Made by a program: the position numbers and the translations under genes. From Candidatus Latescibacterota bacterium (GTDB taxonomy: Bacteria; Latescibacterota; UBA2968; GCA-2709665), in the NCBI GenBank assembly GCA_965226795.1, contig CBDDDZ010000005.1, forward strand, positions 2,912,001-2,976,000: DNA of 64,000 nucleotides. The letters are read 5' to 3'. Position 1 is the first letter of the stretch, and each line of letters opens with the position of its first letter. The notes under the pieces are model-generated. The model was not told the origin of the DNA, did no database searches, and worked only from the letters and a program-made list of their open reading frames with translations. Positions 51,733 through 61,300 of the stretch are shown piece after piece.

Positions 51733-53336
51733 TTTAACGTATGAAATCGAATGTATCGATCTTTATCGGCGCCTGTTTCGATAACGCGATGCGCGCGCGG
51801 GAGCGCCGCCGCGATGTCGCCCGCGATCAGTCCGGCCTCGCCCATGGGTTCCGCGCACAGGTCCCCGGCGAGGCCGTGCACGTAGACACCCAGACAGGCC
51901 GCCGTTTCGGGCTCCATGCCCTGCCCGATCAGAGCCGCGAGGATTCCGGTGAGAACGTCTCCGGAACCGCCCGTGGCCATGCCGGCGTTGCCGCTGGGAT
52001 TGACGTAGACGCGACCGCCCGGGATGGCCACAACGGTAGGCGCACCCTTCAGGATCACGATGACGTCCGCCGACCGAGCCAGCGTCTGCGCCGAACCGAT
52101 CGGATCGGCACGAATGGCCTCATCACCGAGACCGGTTAGACGGGCGAATTCCCCCGGGTGCGGCGTGACTACGGTTGGCGCGGTCCGCATTTTCAGGTTG
52201 TCCGGCGCTCCGGCGAGGGCGTTGATGCCATCGGCGTCCAGGACGAGGGGTACCTGGACATCGTGAACGATCCGCCGGACCAGTTGCACGGTTTCCCTGT
52301 GAGTACCGAGGCCGGGGCCGAGCGCGACGCAGTCGGCGTCGGCAACCAGTCTCTGAATCTCACCGCGTGCGCGGAGGGCCAGGCAGCGGCGTTTTCGGAC
52401 CTCCGGAAGTGGATGGGTCATCGCCTCCGTAAGCTTGACCTCCAGAATATCGTTCAGACCCTCGGGAGCGCCAACCCGAACCAGACCGGCGCCGGATCGG
52501 AGCGCCCCCTGCGCCGAGAGCGCCGCCGCGCCCGTGAAACCCATTGAGCCGGCTAGAATGACCACACGGCCGCAGTCCCCCTTGTGGGCGTCGGGCGGTC
52601 TTCGCGGCAGAAGGGGTGCGCCGCCGTGCGCGGCAATAAGCCGGACATTGACGTTCTCGGCGTCGACGGCTGCCTGTGGCAGACCGATGTCAACACAATA
52701 CAGGGATCCGCAAAGCGCGCGGCCAGGATAAAAAAACTGGCCGATTTTGGGCTGTCCGAACGTAACGGTGCGTGTAGCAGCCGAACAGGGCCCATCCGTA
52801 CGGCCCGTGTCGGCATCCAGACCCGACGGGATATCCACTGCCAGAATGGGACAGGCAACGTCCCGAAGCGTTTCGATTGCGCCTGCGACAAGCCCGCGGG
52901 GGCCGCCCCGAATGCCGGTGCCCAGGAGGGCATCTACCGCCGCGGATGCACCCGAAAGTGCGTGGCTGATCCGTCCCAGATCATTGGAATCCCGGATTTC
53001 CTGGATACAGAGTCCGTTTTTCCGGACGCGGTCGACGTGATACCGGGCATCGCCTTTGATCTGATCGATGGTGGACAACAGGAAGACGGAAACCGAAGCT
53101 CCCGCCAATGCGGCGAGGTCTGCAATGACGAATCCGTCGCCGCCGTTGTTGCCCTTGCCGCAAAGGACCACAATCCTTTTGCCCTGAAACCCGTCCACAA
53201 GATCGCCAAGCACCCTGGCGGCGCCACGCCCGGCGCGTTCCATCAGTTGGATGCCGGAAACCCCTCGCTCAATGGCGTCATGATCGATCCGGGCCATCTG
53301 CGCACCGGTAACAAGCGCGGCATGGACTTGCGGCAC
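51729..53336 (-). CDS. nnr: Bifunctional NAD(P)HX epimerase/dehydratase (YjeF)
   Basis: LMERAG, GKGNNGGDG, DALLGTG, HKGDCG, GPGLG, LDADG, TPHPGEF, ATGGSGDVL; GTG start with GGAGG RBS. Confidence 0.94.
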   Translation of the reverse strand: MPQVHAALVTGAQMARIDHDAIERGVSGIQLMERAGRGAARVLGDLVDGFQGKRIVVLCGKGNNGGDGFVIADLAALAGASVSVFLLSTIDQIKGDARYHVDRVRKNGLCIQEIRDSNDLGRISHALSGASAAVDALLGTGIRGGPRGLVAGAIETLRDVACPILAVDIPSGLDADTGRTDGPCSAATRTVTFGQPKIGQFFYPGRALCGSLYCVDIGLPQAAVDAENVNVRLIAAHGGAPLLPRRPPDAHKGDCGRVVILAGSMGFTGAAALSAQGALRSGAGLVRVGAPEGLNDILEVKLTEAMTHPLPEVRKRRCLALRARGEIQRLVADADCVALGPGLGTHRETVQLVRRIVHDVQVPLVLDADGINALAGAPDNLKMRTAPTVVTPHPGEFARLTGLGDEAIRADPIGSAQTLARSADVIVILKGAPTVVAIPGGRVYVNPSGNAGMATGGSGDVLTGILAALIGQGMEPETAACLGVYVHGLAGDLCAEPMGEAGLIAGDIAAALPRAHRVIETGADKDRYIRFHTLN

Positions 53337-53606
53337 CGGGCCTCCGTGAGAAGCTGTCTTAAAATCCCCAGCGGTCTTCGCGCCTGCCTGCTGACGCAGG
53401 CAAGGCAGGCGGCTGCAAAAGCATGCAGAATCCGGGCCACCTGAGAACGCCTCAAACTCGCCTAATAATACAGGAATCGCCAGGGCTACGCAACTGCAAT
53501 TTTGAACCGTCGAAACCGGTAAAAAACGCGATCGATAGAGCCGAAGCCGTGTAGGCCCGGACCCTCGCGCGGCAAAGGCAAACAACCGGTTCGAGAGACA
53601 AAGTGC

Positions 53607-53635
53607 TTGACAGGATGCAACCATTTACACTAATT
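53607..53635 (+). promoter_or_regulatory. Possible sigma70 promoter for tRNA-Ser
   Basis: Perfect TTGACA at 53607; only an imperfect -10 (ACTAAT). Confidence 0.4.
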
Positions 53636-53680
53636 TTTCCATTGAATCTCAACAGGCCCCAGGCCTGCATCGGTTGTGAC

Positions 53681-53769
53681 GGTGGGGTGACGGAGTGGTC
53701 GAACGTGGCGGTCTTGAAAACCGTTGATCCTTACCGGATCCGTGGGTTCGAATCCCACCCCCACCGCCA
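53681..53769 (+). tRNA. tRNA-Ser (anticodon TGA)
   Basis: Acceptor GGTGGGG/CCCCACC-G-CCA, anticodon arm GCGGT-CTTGAAA-ACCGT, long variable arm GATCC-TTACC-GGATC, GGTTCGAATCC T-loop. Confidence 0.97.
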
Positions 53770-54597
53770 AGTATTCGAAAAATGCCGGGACGACAGGCAG
53801 GGGTCACGACTTGCCCGCAACCGTCCCCCCGTAGCCGCTGTATTCCAATGTCCTTCTCAAAAGCCGGATTCGAGTAAACCCCACCGGCGTCCAGTGCCTC
53901 TCCCGCGATCGCAATATCCCAACAGAAGCTGAAGATTCTCCGTACGGTGAGCACCGATCCGGATCCAGGAAATGGTTCGGTCATTCCGATACCGTCTAGT
54001 ACGCTGTACAGGAGTGAGCTGTAGCCCGGTCGATTTCCTGCGCGGAATATGACTGAGATGCCCGGGCCGACCTGCTCCTGCATTAATTCACTCGATCAAT
54101 CTTGCTCCTGGACAACACCGCCGGCACTGCAAGCGGTGTTGTCTTGACCGTCTCCCATTCCGTGCGCAGCGCGTTCAGCCAGGAGGGAGTCCTCCCGAGA
54201 CGCAATTCGAGTTGTGCTTCAAAAGCGATTCTGGTTCAACCGGGCGGCCGTTGGATTCGAGGACCTCAAGTTGGTCCTGGTCAAAGGTGAGTTGATTACT
54301 GTGCAACCCGGTGACAATGGGTTTTACAAGATGAATTGACCCGGGCGCAGGTCCAGGGCTGATCCATCAAATATTGCGCTCAAACTTCGACTGCGGGAGG
54401 CAAGAAAATCAATGTGGAATATTGGTGGTTTATCCGGCTAACTGCGTGGTATTTTGGTGAACGCGTCCCCTGCTGAGGGATTTTCTCTTATATTTCGCAG
54501 AACATCTGTCCGAAGAGGTTACAAGTCGAACCAGCGTCCGACCGGCCTTCTTCAGACTGAATTCCCTGATGAGGTCTCGCCTCGAAAGGAAGGAAGA

Positions 54598-56701
54598 ATG
54601 AAGTCAGCAGCGGAGCTGGAAAGGGAAAACAAGACGCTGCGGGATTTTCACAGCCACACACGGGCGCTTGGCCTTCCGGAGTTCACGCCGCCCGCGCCGA
54701 CGAGTCCAGAGCTTACGTACCTGGCCGCGCCGATCCGCCACCACGGTGAGAGTGTCGGGACCTTTTTCGTGTCGGAGAAGCAAGGCGGCCGGGAGTTTAC
54801 CGCCGAAGACGAAGAGACGCTGGTGATGTTCGCTTCGCAGGCGGCGCTCGTCATTGCCAACGCCCGGCGATTCCTGGACGAAAAGCGTGCCAGGGCTGAT
54901 CTCGAGGCGCTGATCTACACCTCGCCGGTGGGCGTCGCTGTCTTCGACGCCAAGACCGGCAAGCCGGTGTCAATCAACCGCGAGGCGACAAGAATCGTGG
55001 CCGGTTTGCGTATTCACGACTGTAACCCGGAGGATCTCCTGGACGTCGTGAGCATCCGACGAGCGGACGGCAGAGAACTTTCCCTGCAGAAACTGCCCAT
55101 TGCCGAGGCGCTGAGCGCCGGCGAGACGATCCGGGCCGAGGAAGTCGTCATCAAGGTCCCCGACGGCCGCATGGTGACCGCCCTGATAAACGCAACCCCA
55201 TACGTTCCGGTGAGGGAGACGTAAAGTCCTTTGTGGTGACGTTTCAGGACATGTCGCATCTTGAGGAATTGGAGCGGCTCCGGGCCGAGTTCCTTGCCAT
55301 GGTTAGCCACGAGCTACGCGCGCCGCTGGCCGCTATAAGGGGTTCCGCGGCGACCGGTCTGGGGGATGCCTCCACCCTCGGAACGGCCGAGATCGTTCAA
55401 CTCTTCCGCATCGTAGTCAATCAGTCAGACCACATGGACGGACTGATCAATGACCTGCTGGACGTTGCACGCATCGCGACGGGCACCTTCCAGATCAATC
55501 CTGAATCGACGGAAGTGATCGGCATCTTGGATCAGGCCAGGAACATGCTTCTCAGTGGGGGATAAAAAACGATATCCACTTGGAATTGGCGCCCGGACTG
55601 CCCGCGGTGATGGCCGACCGCCGGCGCATCGTCCAGGTGCTGGACAACCTGCTGTCCAACGCGTCCCGGAACTCTCACGAGGCCACGCCGATTCGGGTGA
55701 CCGTCGTGCAGGAGGGCGCTCACGTGGTATTCTCCGTATCGGACAAGGGACGAGGCGTGCCAGCAGAGCACCTGCCGCAACTGTTCAGAAAGTTCCCCCG
55801 GCTCGTAGGAGACGAGCGGGCCGGCGACGATACAGGAGCGGGCTGGGGCCTGGCCATCTGCAAGGGCATCGTGGAGGCCCACGGTGGCCGGGGCCGCGCC
55901 GAGAGCGACGGGGTGGGCAAGGGAGCACGGTTCACGTTCACCATTCCAATCGCCGAGGAAGCCGAGTGTGTCCCAGTCGTTGCACCCCCTGACCGACAGC
56001 AGCGGAACCGTCAGGAACCAACGCCAATCCTGGTTGTGGACGACGACCCGCAGATACTGCGGATTGTCCGGGAGGCCCTCTCGAACGAGGGTTACGTTCC
56101 TTTCGTGACAGGTGACCCGGAGGAAGTGCCCACGCTTATGGAAATGCACGGTCCCCACCTGGTACTTCTGGATCTTGTGCTGCCGGGTACCGACGGGGTC
56201 GAGGTGATGCGGAAAATCCTGGAGAACGCAGATGTACCAGTCTTCTTCATTTCGGCCTACGGCCACGAAGAAACGATCGCCCGTGCTTTCGACGAAGGCG
56301 CCGACGATTATGTAGTCAAACCCTTCTCGGAGACAGAGTTGGCCGCCAGAATCAGGGCGGCCCTGCGCAAGCGGACGGCGCCCGACCGAACCGGGCCGAG
56401 CAAACCTTTCGCGCTTGGAGATCTTAACATACGACTACGCCGGGTGACCGTTGCCGGACGGCTGATACGGACAACCGACATCGAGTACCGGCTGATGGTT
56501 GATCTTTCAGTTAATGCAGGCAAGACCTTGACATATCGACACCTGCTGAAAACTGTCTGGCGCACGTGGAGCTACGACGACACTCGGTCGCTGCGCTCCA
56601 CCGTGAAGAACCTTCGCCGCAAGCTGGGCGACGACGCGAACAACCCTATCTACATCTTCAACGAACCTCGCGTCGGCTACCGCCTGGGGATGGCTGAATA
56701 A
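54598..56701 (+). pseudogene. Fused GAF-PAS-histidine kinase-REC-OmpR winged-helix regulator, frameshifted at about 55199 and 55560
   Basis: ORF pieces give EFTAEDEETLVMFASQAA (GAF), PAS, MVSHELRAPL, QVLDNLLSNA/GWGLAICKG, ILVVDDD/LLDL, LRRKLGDDANNPIYIFNEPRVGYR. Confidence 0.8.
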
Positions 56702-56855
56702 GAGGAAAGGCCGGCTGAAAGTCTCAGGGGGACCGGGTCTTGTATTTGCTTTCGCTGACCGAGAAACCAGGGCTTTCCAAATTCCGGCGGATATTCCATT
56801 CGATCGATCGACGTGCGGGGCGTCCCTGGCGTATCCTCCGTGTATCCAGGTCGCC

Positions 56856-58002
56856 CTAAAAACCGAAGCCCCCATGTAGCCTGATTACATTCAACGCATA
56901 GCCGCCGGACGTCGCATTCATTGCGCCCTCGAGAGACACGGTCGCCGCCGATCCGAAATACCATGGGATGCCAGTCCAGGAAGTGCGGCAACCGGCCGTT
57001 ACTACGCGGCCCCCGAAGTCGCCGACACTCATGCCCGCGTACGGGATGAGCACCCCGTCCCTCCTTCCGAACCCGTAGCCGACCTCCGCATCCAACCGGC
57101 CCGTGGCTTGAGAACCCTCGGCAGGAGCGAGCACCGTCGCTTCTCGCGCTGACCACAGACGTTGGGTAGCGCTGAATGGATCTCCCCAGGATGGCGCCAG
57201 TCTAAGAGAAAGCCCCCGACCGGAGGCAACCGGCGCCAGCAGGATCGACCCGGAGGCGCCCCATTCCCTGTAGCCCCTCTCCTGGTGGACCAGCAATCCA
57301 CGAACCGTCCCCTCAACTGTAAGTGGGCCCACGACCAGCCGCAATCGCGCGCCACCCTCCACGCCGGTTCCGGTTTCCGCATCCCCGCCATCGCGACGAA
57401 GCCCCACTTCACCACCAGGACTGAGCGTCACGCCATCATGGACCCTGAACATCCGGTCGGCTTCGAGGATGAACCGCAGCCTTGTAACGCCGCCGTCTGC
57501 GCTCGCCAGGCCGGCCACGGCATCGGATCCGGTTGCTACCCAAAGCAGGTCGGACTTCATTGCCAGACCGAACCCGCCGGCGCCCGCGTTTAGCAGCACC
57601 GCTCTTCCTCCGAATGCCCCCGTAAGCATATTCAGGTCTGTCTGTAGCGGTGACTGGCCGCCGAAGTCAAGCGTCAGTTCGCCCGCGCCGTAGCCTGCAA
57701 GTCCCCACGCCGAGAACCATTCGCTCATTTTGAACCGCGCGAAGGAATAAATGCCGGTTACCCTGCTATCTACATCACCCTGTCGATTGCCTTGTCCGAA
57801 GGCATTGTAGGAGCCGTCACCCGTACTGTGTGAGACGAGTACGCCAGCAAGCAGACGCTCCCACGAGGCATCGAATCCGAGAAACCCCGTGGCCACGCCG
57901 CCCTCCGTCCTCAAACCGCTATCTGAAGACCTGAATCCTCCCGTCGAAAACCGGCCCCAGGCGGCTAGTGAGGGCCCTGCGGAGGCACCCCCGCCCGAGG
58001 AA
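56856..58002 (-). CDS. Autotransporter beta-barrel; detached 3' part of the giant adhesin gene
   Basis: AAWGR, GFLGFDASWERLLAGV, WGLAGYGAG, EVGLRRDGGDAETGTGVE, LDAEVGYG; ends in Phe. Confidence 0.8.
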
Positions 58003-58366
58003 GTCGACGCTTTTGGCCCATCGATCAAAATGTCGAGTCAAGGAAAAGTCGGTGTCGCCACGTACACAGAGGCGCTTGGCGTGGGGCTGCACCAGCGCCA
58101 AGGCCGCGTCGATCCAGGGTGCCGCACCGGTGTGGCTGGGCACATTCCCCGGTCGGTTGACCAGGAAGAGCACTTCCTTCGTGTTGGAAAGTGAGATCAC
58201 CAGCGGATGGTAGCCCCAGATGCCCTGGTAAGAGATGTCCATACCCCTCTTGCGCTTTCCATATGTCGGCACGTTTGTGCCGTCCACGTCGATATAGGTG
58301 ATGTCACAAAGCAATTTGCGCCCACGCGATGCCCACAAGGAGGATCGCACCGCGTTGATGCACGAA
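58003..58366 (-). mobile_element. Internal fragment of an IS1380-family transposase inserted in the adhesin gene
   Basis: IDVDGT...GMDISYQGIWGYHPLVISLSNTKEVLFLVNRPGNVPSH...RGDTDFS; no terminal inverted repeats seen. Confidence 0.8.
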
Positions 58367-61300
58367 ACGTGGAAGGCGCTCCGGATCAGCAGGTCACGGT
58401 TGGCCATGGCGCTCCTGGCCTGGGGCCGCTCGGCCGCCAGTTGTGACCATTCCGCAAGGCTTGCATGGCTGGCCCTCGTGTGCCGAGTCACCTGCGGCCC
58501 GGCGCCGCCGAGGCGCATGCCTCCCACGGTCACGTGCGGAGTGGGCCTGCCATCGAGCCTTGACATGACTGCCTCCACCACCTGGCCACCGACGGTCCGC
58601 CCGAAACGCACGATCCACTCCTTCGGCATCGGATCGGTGTTGTGGATGGTCCCGGTGGCGGTCCCGTCGCCTATGAGAGCAATCCCGACGACCTCCGACA
58701 TCTCACTCTTGAGGTCCCCGTCGATCTCTGTATTAATGCGTGTAACTGTCAGCGTGAGGGTCTCGCTGCCCTCGTCGTGCGCATCCTCCAGCACAGAAAT
58801 CGAGGCCGTCCTCGAGGTGACACCCGGCGCGAAAACCAGATGTCCTTTTTCGGCGACGTAGTCCTCCCCGGCGGTGGCGGTGCCGTCGCCGGTCTCGAAA
58901 TATACCCACGTTCGCTCATCCTTCGGCCGGCTCAGGGTGACCAGGAAGTCGAGCGTCGCCCTCGGACCTTCGCGGACCTCGGCATCCGCGACGGAAAACG
59001 TCGCGGGTCCGTGTACCGTCACGTCGATTCCGTTCGAGAGGACGCGACTGTCGGCGGTGCATATTGCCCCGGAACTCCCGCACGGCCGCATCGGCAGCGA
59101 GATGGTCACGTCGGCGAGCGACGCCGGATCGATCTCCACATTCCACCCGAAGTTGCTTCCGGTCAGTGGTTCGGCCTTCCCCACGGTGCCCCCGGTGACG
59201 TCGAGGAAGCTCCCGGGCGATGAACCCTGGCTCAGCACCACGTTTTCGCTGAAATGCACCTCGAAGGTGAAGCTGACGCCAATGTGCTCTCGAGGGACGG
59301 CGGTGAACCCGGCGGTAAGCTCAGGGGGCGGCGTTGCGCCGCGTTCCGCACCTGCATGCGCGAGCACGATTTTCCCCCCATGCGGATCGCTGCTGCCAAT
59401 TGCTCCCCCGTTGAGCAGCATGCTGTTCTCTGGCACCCGCACCGACGTGTGCGAACCGTCCGATGTCGACAGGGTGTACGCGAACACGAGTTGCGTCGTC
59501 CCGCCCCCCCTGTCGAAGCTGGCGGCGCGCGCGGTTGAGCCGCCCAACACGATGCCCACCGTCGGCGTACCGTTCCCGGTTCCCACCGTCACCTCCTCGC
59601 TGAACGTGAGGGTCACCTCGACCGTCTCTCCCTCCCCGTAAAACATGTCGGATCCCGGGCCGCTCAACGCCGGGACACCCTGCACCCTCGGCCTTCTCAG
59701 CGCGCAGCGCAGCCCGGCATCTTCACCGCCCTGGGTGTTGTGCTCGCCCCAGGGCAGGTGCCCACAATCGACCAGCCTGTTCTCGTCGCCCGTGCATTGC
59801 AAGTCATCCAGCCAGATGGGGACGTCCGAGGCCGCACCGCCGAAATGCGATTCCAGGAAACGCGCGCTGTTGCCCACCGAGCCCGCATCATAACCGAGTT
59901 GCCTGCACGCGACGTCCGACTCCACGTCGGTCCAGAAGTCGTCGGCGATCGTTCCCCACTCCCCATTGTGGTAGACCTCCAGGCGGCCCTCGTTCCCTGT
60001 CTTTCCGTCCACGAGCCGCAGGTCGCCATCGGAGAACTGGCCCTGCGGCCCCGCCTCGATCACGTCGGTCACCGTCACCGCGAGCTCCTTCTCAGCCCTG
60101 TTCTCGTCGGCGTCCGTCGCTTGCAGCGTCACTTCATAGCCGTTGTCGGCGTCGTCATCCTCAGGGCTCTCATAGTCCCGCGCTACCATCGACAGCACCC
60201 CAGTGGACGTGTCGATGCTGAAATCCGCAGAGTCGGCCCCCGCCATGCCCCATGTCACCAACCCGACCGGTGTGCCGGTCAGCGCAGGCGTCCAGGAAGT
60301 GAAGGCAAGGTTCTCCGCTACCGTCGTGTCCGCAAGACCTGTGATCGACAGCGTCGCACTCTCCTGTACGTCTGTTACCGCCACCTCGATCGCCATCGTC
60401 GCCGTGTTGTCGTCGGAATCCGTGGCTTTGACGGTCACCTCGTACGCATTGTCCGTGTTCTCGTCGGCCGGGCTCTCGTAGTCCCGAGCCACCATCGACA
60501 GCACCCCGGTCGAGGCGTTGATGCTAAAGTCTTGCTCGTCGGCGCCTTCCTTCGTCCACGTCACCTCGCCGATCGGCGTGCCCGTCAGCGTGGGCACCGG
60601 CGACGTCCACGGCGCGTTTTCCTCCACGCTCGCATCCGGCAACCCCGTGATCGACAGCGTCGCACTCTCTACCACGTCCGTCACCGTGACTGTGATCGAG
60701 ACCATCGCTGTATTGCCGTCGGCGTCCGTGGCTTTGACGGTTACCTCATAGCCGTTGTCGGCGTCGTCATCCTCCGAGCTCTCGTAGTCCCGTGACACCA
60801 TCGACAATTGGCCTGTCGTACTGTTGATGGTGAAATCTTCCGCGTCGTCCCCCTCCTTGCTCCAGGTCACGTCACCTACCGGCGTGCCCGTCAGCGTGGG
60901 CACCGGCGACGTCCACGGCGCGTTTTCCTCCACGCTCGCATCCGGCAACCCCGTGATCGACAGCGTCGCACTCTCTACCACGTCCGTCACCGTCACCTCG
61001 ATCGAGACCATCGCTGTATTGCCGTCGGCGTCCGTGGCCTTCACCGTCACCTCGTAGACGTTGTCCGTGTTCGCGTCGGCCGGTGACTCGAAGTCCTGCG
61101 ACACCATCGACACCACACCTGTAGACGGGTCGATGCTGAAGTCCTCAGCGTCGGTGCCTTCCTTACTCCAGGTCACGTCCCCTACCGGCGTGCCCGTCAG
61201 CGACGGCACCGGCGACGTCCACGCCTGATTCTCCTCCACACTCGCGTCCGCCAGCCCCGTGATCGACAGCGTCGCCGTCTCCACCTGGTCGGTGACGATC

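Noticed and set aside
54111..54143. 11-bp inverted repeat GACAACACCGC/GCGGTGTTGTC
   Set aside because: No U-tract or associated gene, single copy; function cannot be assigned.
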